Part shown: positions 25,110-37,594 of the stretch, one piece after another | How positions within the stretch are numbered: the stretch's first letter is position 1 | Layout: each line of letters starts with the position of its first letter | DNA from: Dendrobates tinctorius | Taxonomy: Eukaryota | Length of the DNA stretch: 64,000 nt | NCBI RefSeq assembly: GCF_039654945.1 | Contig: NW_027361784.1 | Location: 42,470,001 to 42,534,000 of the forward strand | Reading direction: 5' to 3' | Made by a program: the position numbers and the translations under genes | Notes under the pieces: generated by a model | Told to the model about the DNA's origin: nothing | Seen by the model: the letters and a program-made list of their open reading frames with translations, nothing else | The model's database searches: none

Positions 25110-27610
25110 TGTAGGCAGCAGGAGACTTTGCCATCTACACAGCAGGGGATCAGCTGACGTTACTGAACCCCACTGAGACACGGGAGCAAGTGTCTCTTTC
25201 CGTGTGGACGGCACTTCCGAACTACAACTGGCTGTGTTGAAGCCCAGGAAATAGGAGGGTGTAGGCAGAGGCCTACTGTATTTTGAATGAGGTGACAGCA
25301 GGAGAGACTGCCATCCACAAAGCAGGGGATCAGCTGAAGTTACTGAACCCCACTGAGACACGGGAGCAAGTGTCTCTTTCCGTGTGGACGGCACTTCCGA
25401 ACTACAACTGGCTGTGTTGAAGCCCAGGAAATAGGAGGGTGTAGGCAGAGGCCTACTGTATTTTGAATGAGGTGACAGCAGGAGAGACTGCCATCCACAA
25501 AGCAGGGGATCAGCTGACATTACTGAACCCCACTGAGACACGGGAGCAAGTGTCTCTTTCCGTGTGGACGGCACTTCCGAACTACAACTGGCTGTGTTGA
25601 AGCCCAGGAAATAGGAGGGTGTAGGCAGAGGCCTACTGTATTTTGAATGAGGTGACAGCAGGAGAGACTGCCATCCACACAGCAGGGGATCAGCTGACGT
25701 TACTGAACCCCACTGAGACACGGGAGCAAGTGTCTCTTTCCGTGTGGACGGCACTTCCGAACTACAACTGGCTGTGTTGAAGCCCAGGAAATAGGAGGGT
25801 GTAGGCAGACTGTATTTTGAATGAGGTGACAGCAGGAGAGACTGCCATCCACACAGCAGGGGATCAGCTGACGTTACTGAACCCCACTGAGACACGGGAG
25901 CAAGTGTCTCTTTCCGTGTGTACGGCACTTCCGAACTACAACTGGCTGTGTTGAAGCCCAGGAAATAGGAGGGTGTAGGCAGAGGCCTACTGTATTTTGA
26001 AAGAGGTGACAGCAGGAGAGACTGCCATCCACACAGCAGGGGATCAGCTGACGTTACTGAACCCCACTGAGACACGGGAGCAAGTGTCTCTTTCCGTGTG
26101 GACGGCACTTCCGAACTACAACTGGCTGTGTTGAAGCCCAGGAAATAGGAGGGTGTAGGCAGAGGCCTACTGTATTTTGAATGAGGTGACAGCAGGAGAG
26201 ACTGCCATCCACACAGCAGGGGATCAGCTGACGTTACTGAACCCCACTGAGACACGGGAGCAAGTGTCTCTTTCCGTGTGGACGGCACTTCCGAACTACA
26301 ACTGGCTGTGTTGAAGCCCAGGAAATAGGATGGTGTAGGCAGAGGCCTACTGTATTTTGAATGAGGTGACAGCAGGAGAGACTGCCATCCACACAGCAGG
26401 GGATCAGCTGACGTTACTGAACCCCACTGAGACACGGGAGCAAGTGTCTCTTTCCGTGTGGACGGCACTTCCGAACTACAACTGGCTGTGTTGAAGCCCA
26501 GGAAATAGGAGGGTGTAGGCAGAGGCCTACTGTATTTTGAATGAGGTGACAGCAGGAGAGACTGCATCCACACAGCAGGGGATCAGCTGACGTTACTGAA
26601 CCCCACTGAGACACGGGAGCAAGTGTCTCTTTCCGTGTGGACGGCACTTCCGAACTACAACTGGCTGTGTTGAAGCCCAGGAAATAGGAGGGTGTAGGCA
26701 GAGGACTACTGTATTTTGAATGAGGTGACAGCAGGAGAGACTGCCATCCACACAGCAGGGGATCAGCTGACGTTACTGAACCCCACTGAGACACGGGAGC
26801 AAGTGTCTCTTTCCGTGTGGACGGCACTTCCGAACTACAACTGGCTGTGTTGAAGCCCAGGAAATAGGAGGGTGTAGGCAGAGGCCTACTGTATTTTGAA
26901 TGAGGTGACAGCAGGAGAGACTGCCATCCACACAGCAGGGGATCAGCTGACGTTACTGAACCCCACTGAGACACGGGAGCAAGTGTCTCTTTCCGTGTGG
27001 ACGGCACTTCCGAACTACAACTGGCTGTGTTGAAGCCCAGGAAATAGGAGGGTGTAGGCAGAGGCCTACTGTATTTTGAAAGAGGTGACAGCAGGAGAGA
27101 CTGCCATCCACACAGCAGGGGATCAGCTGACGTTACTGAACCCCACTGAGACACGGGAGCAAGTGTCTCTTTCCGTGTGGACGGCACTTCCGAACTACAA
27201 CTGGCTGTGTTGAAGCCCAGGAAATAGGAGGGTGTAGGCAGAGGCCTACTGTATTTTGAATGAGGTGACAGCAGGAGAGACTGCCATCCACACAGCAGGG
27301 GATCAGCTGACGTTACTGAACCCCACTGAGACACGGGAGCAAGTGTCTCTTTCCGTGTGGACGGCACTTCCGAGCTACAACTGGCTGTGTTGAAGCCCAG
27401 GAAATAGGAGGGTGTAGGCAGAGGCCTACTGTATTTTGAATGAGGTGACAGCAGGAGAGACTGCCATCCACACAGCAGGGGATCAGCTGACGTTACTGAA
27501 CCCCACTGAGACACGGGAGCAAGTGTCTCTTTCCGTGTGGACGGCACTTCCGAGCTACAACTGGCTGTGTTGAAGCCCAGGAAATAGGAGGGTGTAGGCA
27601 GAGGCCTACT
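25110..27610 (-). repeat. 180-bp satellite array A (14 units)
   Basis: AGCAGGGGATCAGCTGA every 180 bp from ~25141 to ~27474; one 174-bp and one 179-bp unit. Confidence 0.97.
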
Positions 27611-29566
27611 GTCTTTGTAGTGCGGAGACAGCAGGAGAGACTGCCATCTCCACAGCAGGGGAACAGCTGGCAGTGCTGAACCCCACTAACACTTGAACGA
27701 ATGTGTTTGGCTCTGTGGAGACGACACTTCTGAACACCAACTGACGCTGTTGGAGCCCAGGATTAGGCGAGGAGCAGGCTGGGGCCTACTGGATTTTGGC
27801 AGGTGAATGCAGCAGGAGACTTGCCATCTCCACAGCAGGGGAACAGCTGACAGTGCTGAACCCCACTAACACTTGAACGAATGTGTTTGGCTCTGTGGAG
27901 ACGACACTTCTGAACACCAACTGACGCTGTTGGAGCCCAGGATTAGGCGAGGAGCAGGCTGGGGCCTACTGGATTTTGGCAGGTGAAGGCAGCAGGAGAC
28001 TTGCCATCTCCACAGCAGGGGAACAGCTGACAGTGCTGAACCCCACTAACACTTGAAAGAATGTGTTTGGCTCTGTGGAGACGACACTTCTGAACACCAA
28101 CTGACGCTGTTGGAGCCCAGGATTAGGCGAGGAGCAGGCTGGGGCCTACTGGATTTTGGCAGGTGAAGGCAGCAGGAGACTTGCCATCTCCACAGCAGGG
28201 GATCAGCTGACAGTGCTGAACCCCACTAACACTTGAACGAATGTGTTTGGCTCTGTGGAGACGACACTTCTGAACACCAACTGACGCTGTTGGAGCCCAG
28301 GATTAGGCGAGGAGCAGGCTGGGGCCTACTGGATTTTGGCAGGTGAATGCAGCAGGAGACTTGCCATCTCCACAGCAGGGGAACAGCTGACAGTGCTGAA
28401 CCCCACTAACACTTGAACGAATGTGTTTGGCTCTGTGGAGACGACACTTCTGAACAGAAACTGACGCTGTTGGAGCCCAGGATTAGGCGAGGAGCAGGCT
28501 GGGGCCTACTGGATTTTGGCAGGTGAAGGCAGCAGGAGACTTGCCATCTCCACAGCAGGGGAACAGCTGACAGTGCTGAACCCCACTAACACTTGAACGA
28601 ATGTGTTTGGCTCTGTGGAGACGACACTTCTGAACACCAACTGACGCTGTTGGAGCCCAGGATTAGGCGAGGAGCAGGCTGGGGCCTACTGGATTTTGGC
28701 AGGTGAAGGCAGCAGGAGACTTGCCATCTCCACAGCAGGGGATCAGCTGACAGTGCTGAACCCCACTAACACTTGAACGAATGTGTTTGGCTCTGTGGAG
28801 ACGACACTTCTGAACACCAACTGACGCTGTTGGAGCCCAGGATTAGGCGAGGAGCAGGCTGGGGCCTACTGGATTTTGGCAGGTGAATGCAGCAGGAGAC
28901 TTGCCATCTCCACAGCAGGGGAACAGCTGACAGTGCTGAACCCCACTAACACTTGAACGAATGTGTTTGGCTCTGTGGAGACGACACTTCTGAACACCAA
29001 CTGACGCTGTTGGAGCCCAGGATTAGGCGAGGAGCAGGCTGGGGTCTACTGGATTTTGGCAGGTGAAGGCAGCAGGAGACTTGCCATCTCCACAGCAGGG
29101 GAACAGCTGACAGTGCTGAACCCCACTAACACTTGAACGAATGTGTTTGGCTCTGTGGAGACGACACTTCTGAACACCAACTGACGCTGTTGGAGCCCAG
29201 GATTAGGCGAGGAGCAGGCTGGGGCCTACTGGATTTTGGCAGGTGAAGGCAGCAGGAGACTTGCCATCTCCACAGCAGGGGAACAGCTGACAGTGCTGAA
29301 CCCCACTAACACTTGAACGAATGTGTTTGGCTCTGTGGAGACGACACTTCTGAACACCAACTGACGCTGTTGGAGCCCAGGATTAGGCGAGGAGCAGGCT
29401 GGGGCCTACTGGATTTTGGCAGGTGAAGGCAGCAGGAGACTTGCCATCTCCACAGCAGGGGAACAGCTGGCAGTGCTGAACCCCACTAACACTTGAACGA
29501 ATGTGTTTGGCTCTGTGGAGACGACACTTCTGAACACCAACTGACGCTGTTGGAGCCCAGGATTAC
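27611..29566 (-). repeat. 180-bp satellite array B (~11 units) with a 540-bp higher-order pattern
   Basis: Units start at 27653+180n. Variant GGTGAATGC at ~27802/28342/28882 and GATCAGCTGA at 28201/28741 recur every 540 bp. Confidence 0.97.
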
Positions 29567-29635
29567 GCATGCCGCATGCAGAGGCCAATGGGCATCGGTT
29601 TTTATGGAGGTTGTGGACTACTACTGATTCTAACC

Positions 29636-30012
29636 ATGCTCCACTTAGGCCTCTGGCTCCACTGTCTCTACTATTTACCCTGGCCTCCAACCCCGCCAGC
29701 TACATCTCTGAAGTGGCGTCAGCACAATCTACACTTGTTCCTGTGTTACTGGTGCTCAGTCCCATCAGTTGATCCCCTGATGTTTGTCCGGCAAGTTCGC
29801 CAGCTCTGTCCTCATTCCCACTACTGGTTATGGGAATGTGGACAGAGCAGGAGACCTTGCCGGACACACATCAGGGGATAAACTGATGGGACTGAGCCAC
29901 AGGAACACAGGAACAAGTGTAGATTGTGCTGACGCCACTTCAGAGATGTAGATGGCGGGGTTGGAGGTCAGGGGAAATAGTAGAGACAGTGGAGCCAGAG
30001 ACCTAAGTTGGG
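29636..30012. repeat. Imperfect ~185-bp-arm inverted repeat, homologous to the 24.9-kb palindrome
   Basis: CTTAGGCCTCTGGCTCCACTG...CATTCCCA-ctactggtta-TGGGAATG...CAGTGGAGCCAGAGACCTAAG. Confidence 0.88.
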
Positions 30013-30246
30013 CACGGTTAAAAATCAGTAGTGGTTTGAATGTTGATGGAGCTGGTGACTCTGCCGTCCACACAGCAGGGGATCAGCTGGCATTACTGAA
30101 CCCCAGTAACACAGGAGCTAGTGTGTTTCTCTGTGCAGACGACACATCTGAGCGACAACTGGCTGTGTTGAAGCACAGGGATTATAGTTCAGGTGGTAGA
30201 AAAATGAACACACCAGCAGACCTGGATACAGTTGCCAACCACTAAT

Positions 30247-33200
30247 TTAGTCTGTAAGAGGAATGGCAAAGTCTTTGGAGATCCAGGCCTTGTTCATTTT
30301 CAGAAAAGTCAGCCGGTCAACATTATCGGAAGATAGTCGCGTGCGACGGTCTGTTAGTACACCACCTGCGGCACTAAAGACACGTTCCGATAATACACTG
30401 GCAGCAGGGCAAGCCAGCACCTCCAATGCATACTGGCTAAGCTCTGGCCATGTATCCAGCTTAGAGACCCAAAACTTGAAGGGGGAAGAGCCATCTGGGA
30501 GTACAGCGACAGGGCAAGACATGTAGTCTGACACCATCTGACGGAAGCGTTGCCTCCTGCTGACTCGAGGCGTCGCTGATGGTGTAGACAATTGTGGTGG
30601 ACACACAAAACTTTGGCACATTTGGGCCATAGTGGTCTTGCCTTGTGCTGCGGCACTGCCTCTGCTCCCTCTTTGTGCAGAGTTTCCTCCACTGCCTCGA
30701 CGCACAGAGCTGCTTTGTAAAGCACTAGCAACAATGCTGTCGGGTGGAATGGAAAACATTATGGACTGCACCAGTGACTCTTCGTACTCCCGCATTTTAC
30801 GCTCCCGGTTCAACGTTGGTATGAGCCTTTGTACGCTGTCCCGGTAGCGAGGATCTAGGAGGGTGTACACCCAATAATCAGCCGAGACGAGAATGTGGGC
30901 GATGCGGCGGTCGTTTCTCAGGCACTGCAGCATGAAATCAACCATGTGCTGCAGACTCCCAACTGCCAAAGAACCGCTGTCCCCTGTTTGAGGCGTGACC
31001 TCGACCTGCTCTGCATCACCCCACCCTCGCTGTACATACTGAGTAGAGGTTTGTGTACCTCCCTCCTCTGGAGAGATGTCTTCCTCCTCCATCGACTCCT
31101 CCTCATCCTCCTCACAAAGTGTCCCCTGCCTAGGCCTTTGTGAGGAAACACGTAGCGCAGACTGTCCAGAAGCAGATGGCATTTGGGACTCCTCATCCTC
31201 CACCTCTTCTGAAACCTCATCCCTTAGTGCTTGCAGTGTTTGTTGAAGCAGGCAGATAAGGGGGACAGTCATGCTGACTAGTGCATCATCTGCACTCGCC
31301 ATCCGCGTGGATTCATCGAAGGCACGCAAAACGAGGCAGATGTCCTTCATAGAGGCCCACTCAATGGTGCTGAAGTGTGAACGGCGCACAGTGCGACTTG
31401 TTTGCGCCTGATGCAGCTGGTACTCCATGACTGCTGCCTGCTGCTCACACAACCGCTCCAACATATGTAACGTTGAATTCCACCGGGTGGGTAGGTCACA
31501 TATGATGCGATGTTCCGGAAGGCCAAATCGTCGCTGCAGAGCAGCGAGGCGCGATCTTGCCGTGCTGGAACGTCACAAGTGAGCGCACTCTATGCGGACC
31601 TTGTGTAACAGTGCATCAAGATCCGGATAGTCCCTCAGAAAGCTCTGCACGACCAAGTTAAGAACATGTGCCAGACATGGGATGTGTGTGAGGTTGCCTA
31701 GGCCAAGAGCTGCCACCAGATTTCGGCCATTGTCACACACTACCAAGCCCGGCTGGAGATTCGCTGGCCCAAACCACACATCGCTCTCCAGCTTGATAGC
31801 ATTCCAGAGCTCCTGCGCTGTGTGGCTTCGATTCCCCAAAGAAATTAATTTGAGTACAGCCTGTTGACGTTTGGCCACGGCTGTGCTCATATCGGTCGTA
31901 ACAGGCTCCTGCTCTGCTGTTTCTGAGGAACTTGAGTAGGAGGAGGAGTCTATGTGTACAGACTGGAGTCCTGCAATCCGTGGCGTTGGAAGAACACGTA
32001 CAGCGCCACTCTCCAGATCCGTACCCGGCTCCACAACATTGACCCAGTGGGCAGTGAGGGAAAGGTATCGTCCCTGTCCATGGTTACTGGTCCACGCATC
32101 GGTGGTCAGGTGGACCTTGCTACTAACGGCGTTTAGTAGCGCATGTTTTATTTTGCCCTCAACATGTTTCTGCAGGGCAGGGACGGCTCGCCTGCTGAAA
32201 TAAAAGCGGCTGGGCACGTTGTATTGGGGGACTGCCAATGCCATTAAGTCCCGGAAGGTGTCAGTGTCCACCAGCCTGAATGACAGCATTTCAACTGCCA
32301 GAAGTTTGGCAATGCCAGCATTCAGAGACTGTGCTTGGGGATGGTTTGCCGAGTAAGGGCGCCTTTTATCCCATGCCTGTGCTACCGATGGCTGTGATGG
32401 ATGGGAACGTGCTGTTATGGGTGGAATCTGACAGGGTCTCCGGACAACAGTGGCAGAGGTTCTTCCTTGGCGATCCTGTGAGGAAGCCGAACCAGCAGTG
32501 TGTGAGCTGGAGGAAGAGGGCCCAACACGAACTGAAGGGGTGGTAGGTGGTGCTGTACGTTGGCCTACGTCTTCAGGGTGTCTCTGCAACTCCAACTCGT
32601 GCTTGGTGCGCACATGTTTCCACATATTTGTGGTATTGAGGTTGCTGACATTTCTCCCTCTTTTGACTCTCTGATGACACAGCTTGCATTTGACAAAGCA
32701 AATGTCATCTGCAACTGTGTCAAAAAAGGACCACGCACTGCAACTCTTGTGAGCGCCCGGTTTGCCTTTGGAAGGAGGAATGCTCCTAACGGGTGCCGAA
32801 GTGGAGGGTACAGGCAACCAAGTCTTCCCCCTCCCTCTGCCTCCTGTTTTGGCCGGTAGGGGAATCTCTTCCTCAGAGCTGCTACCACCACCTTCCTGTT
32901 GCTCACGCCATGATGGGTCAAGGACCTCATCATCTTCCCTCCCCTCTTCAAACAGCTGCTTCTCCGGTGTTGTCTCGCCAGCACCGTACGCACCAGAAAG
33001 TGGCAACTGAGTCTCGTCATCATCTGATGCGTACTGAGGTGTGCTGACCATAGGCACTGGCCCACTCGCCTCTTCAGATTCAGAGGGACAAAGAAGTTGC
33101 GCATCACTGCATACTCCCTCTTCTTCACATTCAGGAATGCTGCTTGGCTGGCCCCCTCTTTCCAAGCCAACAGATTCCGAGAACAGAAGTAGAGACTGTG

Positions 33201-33588
33201 ATGGCTCCTGTCCATGTCTCTCTGACTGCCTGGGCACTTTGGCAGGTGGTGAAGAGACAGATGGTTGCTCTTCGGTGCTCTGACCCTGAGAGGATGCGGA
33301 AGTAATTGAAGTCGATGCGTTAGCTGCCATCCATCCGACAACGGCTTCAATTTGTTCCTCCCGCAGCAGTGGGGTACGTTGAGGTCCTACAAAGCTGCGC
33401 ATAAAGGACTGTTGCCTGCTAAAACTGGGGGATGCTGATCCACTGGTGCCCGCAGCAGGCCCAGAATCCCCACGTCCTCTACCTGTAGAATCCCCACGTC
33501 CTCTCCCTGCAGAATCCCCACGTCCTCTCCCTGCTGAAACTCCACGCCCACGCCCACGCCCCCGCGCCTTACTCCCTGCCTTCTTCAT
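30247..33588 (-). pseudogene. hAT (Ac-like, ZBED-type) transposase, ~1,113 aa, one premature stop (CGA>TGA at 31575-31573)
   Basis: RG-rich N-terminus; BED finger (AWSFF..CKLC..MWKHVRTKH); catalytic D (LTTDAWTS), D (VCDNGRN) and E (SERVFS); CLAH; TRWNS; hATC C-terminus. ORFs 33624-31573 and 31464-30247 share one frame; probable start MKKAGSK at 33588. Confidence 0.95.
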
Positions 33589-33949
33589 CTTGCAAGACTG
33601 CTTAAGATAGGCAAAAAAGTACAAAGGGGGGCCTTAGTGTGCTTATTCCTGAACAGCTGGTTACAGGTACAAGAAACACTAATTTTATGAAGTGTGTGTG
33701 TGTGGACTAGACTTTAATAGGAGCTGATGTGGCCTACACAAGTTCAAAATGTAGTGTTTGGTGAACTTTTTATGTGGTTTCTTTGTTTGAAACAAACTCA
33801 AAGTATGAGAACAAAGAATTGAAACTGATAGTATCACCAACTTTTTGGAGCTATTACAATGCAGGCAGGTAACCTACAATGCAAAAGATGAGGCTCCCAA
33901 AAAATTGGGTAATACTAATCTGGCTGCGCCGGCAGGGCACAAGCCAGAA

Positions 33950-34700
33950 AAAAAGGCTCCTCTATCTACTCCTATATAGTGTTTGCAACCAACCAATGTT
34001 GATGGATACGGATGGATGCACACTAATAGGAGAAGAAAAAATGAGCTGCACTCAAAGACAAATATGTGTGAGGCAGTGACGCACGTTGAGCGTCCTACAA
34101 CCAGACGTAGCTGCAGGACACTCTACTCAGCGTGAGCTGCACTCACACACAGTCAGAGACCTCTCAGACAGCCGTCAACAGTGCAGCTAAGTGGGCACTG
34201 GCACTGACAGGCTGCAGAAAGGCTCCGCTGTGTACTCCTATATAGTGTTTGCAACCACCGTAGATGGAGACGGATGGATGCACACTAATAGAAGAAAAAA
34301 TGAGCTGCACTCAAATAAAAATATGTGTGAGGCAGTGACGCACGCTGAGCGTCCTACAGCCAGACGTAGCTGCAGGACACACTACTCAGCGTGAGCTGCA
34401 CTCACACACAGTCAGAGACCTCTCAGACAGCCGTGAACAGTGCAGCAAAGTGGACACTAGCACTGAAAGGCTGCAGAAAGGCTCTGCTGTCTACTACTAG
34501 TGTTTGCAACCAACGTATATGGATACGGATGGAAGCACACTAGATTGAAATTATTTAAAAAATGCAGCTCAAAAAATAAAAGATGTATGAGGCAGCAGTG
34601 ATCACACTGGGTGGCCTACAGCCTGACGTGGCTGCAGGACCCACTCCACAGCGTGAGCTGCACTCACACAGCCCTTGCAGACAGCTGTGAACACTGCTGC
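33950..34700 (-). repeat. ~260-bp direct repeats x3 upstream of the transposase
   Basis: GAGCTGCACTCACACA and GGATGCACACTAATAG blocks recur at ~260-bp spacing. Confidence 0.85.
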
Positions 34701-34837
34701 TAGGGCAAAGAACTCTACAGTGGTGGTTTATGTAGCCTGGGTAAAGCACTAGATGTTTGGTGGAATCGCTATTTCTAACTGTCCCTCACAGTCTTCTACA
34801 GCAGCCTGTCCCTAACTGAATTCACAGCAGAGTGACC

Positions 34838-34970
34838 AGAAATGGCGGCTGCGGTGGCTTTTATAGTGCATCATGACATCATTTCGGCAGCCAATCACAG
34901 CCATGCCAATAGTTAACATGCCTACATGCCTAACAGGATGTGCCCACACTTCGGAGGATTCCCATTGGCT
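34838..34970 (-). promoter_or_regulatory. Putative Pol II promoter of the transposase (CCAAT, CRE-like TGATGTCA, TATAAAA, YY1-like GCCGCCATTT)
   Basis: Reverse complement of 57913-58045; TATA at 34865-34859. Confidence 0.55.
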
Positions 34971-35130
34971 TAATCAAAGCAAGCAGGCTCATAGCATGAT
35001 GGGAACTTCCTATTCCGATTCCGATCCCGGAATCCGATATGAAAAAATTATCGGAATTAAGTATCGGAATTCCGATACCGCTAATATCGGCCGATACCCG
35101 ATACTTGCGGTATCGGAATGCTCAACACTA

Positions 35131-35671
35131 GTCATGTTACAGGGCTCTGACTTCTCCTCCTATTCCTCCTTGCACAAAGGAGTAAGTAGTGGCCCTGCTG
35201 CTGGGTTGTTGCACTCCTTCGGATTACTCCACATCTCCTGGTATCTTCTGCATGCTCTGGACACTGCTCAAAGACACAGCTACCTTTCTTGTCACAGCTC
35301 TCATTTATATTCCATCCTGGATGAGCTGCACAACCTGAACAACTTCTGTGGGTCGTAGACACCACCTCATGCTACTATACAGAACATTTAGGGGTGAGAG
35401 CAAAGACAAAATGTAAAAGTGACCAAACAACAGCCAAAAAGTATGATAACAGAAAAATGGTCTGTGGTCACCCACTGCAGAACTACTCCTTTATAGGGCA
35501 TGTCATGTTAATTGTTGATCATTTCTACCTGCTGTCTGTTCCATTTTTACAACAACAGGATAAATTGATTCCGTGTTTTGTCATAACTCGACAAGTTGAT
35601 TTCACAAAAGCGTGATTGATTTGGTGTTACATTGTGTTGCTTAAGTGTTCCCTTTATTTTTTTGAGCAGTG
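35131..35671 (-). mobile_element. Old Tc1 element 5' half with TIR (right half of the element split by hAT copy 2)
   Basis: Ends AAGTGTTCCCTTTATTTTTTTGAGCAGTG|TA; homologous to 56969-57530. Confidence 0.8.
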
Positions 35672-36778
35672 TATAATTAAATATATCTGAATATATGCAG
35701 CATTAGAAAAATAGCCAAACAAGGTTACAACAAATAGTGGGTACTGGTTCACTGTTGATGTATCACAAATGGAAGCCAAATGACAAAAAAAAACAAATAT
35801 GACCAGTACCCACTATTTGATGCCACCTTTTTTTGCTATTTTTTGGCCAAAGCCTCATTCATCCAATAGCCATACAACGTACATTTAGGCTAGAGGATTG
35901 GGGTGCAGATAAATCCTCTATGTTCCTTTTAGTTACACAATTGGACAGATTCTAAAAAACAATACTAAATGTGCAATACTATACAACAAAAAGATATACA
36001 TTTAAACAACTTTGCTGATAAATTAGAGGCCAAACACAAAAGGGCTTCAAGTGGTTTTTTGATGTCCCTCCTTCCTCTTTTCTTAATTAGCAAGAAATTT
36101 TATTGTTGAAAAGAGATTAATTCAGGTTCTTACTTTCAAAAAGATATAAAACTTTCTTTATTACTTTTTTGCCAACAGACAGTCTGTGTATCGTGCACAT
36201 AAACATGTACATGGTAATTTTTAAAGCCACTCTGGAGCAATTACTAACACAGCGTTTTGGTGGGTGATATCGCCCATCTGTCCATACATTGCTACAATAA
36301 AATAAAATTAGTTACATTAAAAGAAAGAAAAACAGTAATTGTTGTAGCCATCGCCTTTGGTGTTGTTTTTCTCCGTCTTTTGTCTTATAAGACAGTAATA
36401 ATGCCAATCTTATAAATATCATGGTAAAGATGTAGCTTGAGTCACGATTTTGGAACATGAAGAACAACTTCAAACAAGTAAATGTTGTGCTGCGAAAATT
36501 TTAATCAGACCTAACTAGAAACCGAGTCCAAAAATGGAATCATCTCTACATCGAAAAGTAACTTTAGGAAAAAGATTGTGTCTCCTTTGTCACATGCACA
36601 TGGAAGGTTCTCTATGGTTCTACATTACGAATCTGTCACCGACAGATTTAACAGGAGCCATCTGTGGTGATACGGTGTTTATTTTTAATTATGCCAGAAG
36701 CATTGTTCATTAGGACAAGGGACAGGATCCATTATTATTTATATTAGCCTCTACATTGACTCTATGTGTATTTTAATC

Positions 36779-37594
36779 TGTGAAATGCCTCAACCTCAAC
36801 CTTCTGCGATTTACTAGTTTTAAGACCTTGAAGGATAAATACACAGGTTAATTGAACAACTCATGTTTGTTAATTTGTTGAATACCTGCTGATTACACAA
36901 TGCATCAGCCCCTGCAGTTTACCAGTCTACGCAACTTAGAGGACAAATATGCAGCAGGTTCATTGAAGAATAGATGTTTAACCTCCCCCAACCTATCCCG
37001 AATCCTGTGGGAGAATGCCCTGCATGACACTTGTGGGTGTAAAAGGGACTTCTCCCCCTCTCCAGTGAGACTCTACAGGACAGCAACTAATGAACCATGG
37101 AACCAATTGGTGGAATACAGATCTTCACCACTGTCCATCACTGAACCTATGAAGACGTTTCGACCTCCCAGGTTGGGACAATCAGGTCATATGACAACAT
37201 ACCTCACTATAATTAGTCAGCTTCCTAAGCTTGCCACTAGCTCCTCTCTGTGGGTTCCCGTCATTAGCAGAGTGTTACTGTTTGGGGTAGTTGGCCCTGG
37301 ATGCCTCAAAATCGCAGATGTTCTAATCCTCAGCAAGTAAGCAGAAGAGTGTGAGTCTTTCATTTGCACCATGTTCTGTATTTTCTGGGACTGTACTATA
37401 TGTTGTTGACTGTTGGTGATCCAATAAAGTTTTACCGCAGTGTGTTACCATCACTCTGTGTTGTCTGAGTAGTAGTCTGCCCAAAGGGAAGGAGAGTAGG
37501 TGTTCAGTGGGATAAGTTCTGACCTATGTGGTCTTTTCAATGAAAGCTACTCCAGTGGACGAGCGCACCGAGTGACTCTTGTGTCTTTGCAACA
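36779..37594 (+). mobile_element. Possible solo LTR
   Basis: TGT...CAACA ends and AATAAA at ~37423; GC richer than the flanks; no clear TSD. Confidence 0.25.

Larger units (their letters stand above)
22076..35130 (-). mobile_element. Complete 13,055-bp hAT DNA transposon (copy 2)
   Basis: 8-bp TSD GTCATGTT at 22068-22075 and 35131-35138; imperfect TIRs TAGAGTTGAGC / GCTCAACACTA; CCGATA subterminal arrays at both ends; internal hAT transposase. Confidence 0.96.

Noticed and set aside
27611-29566. REST/RE1 or CTCF sites in the satellite units (GTGCTGAA; CAGCAGGGG)
   Set aside because: Only half-site or partial matches by eye; not supportable without PWM scoring or ChIP data.
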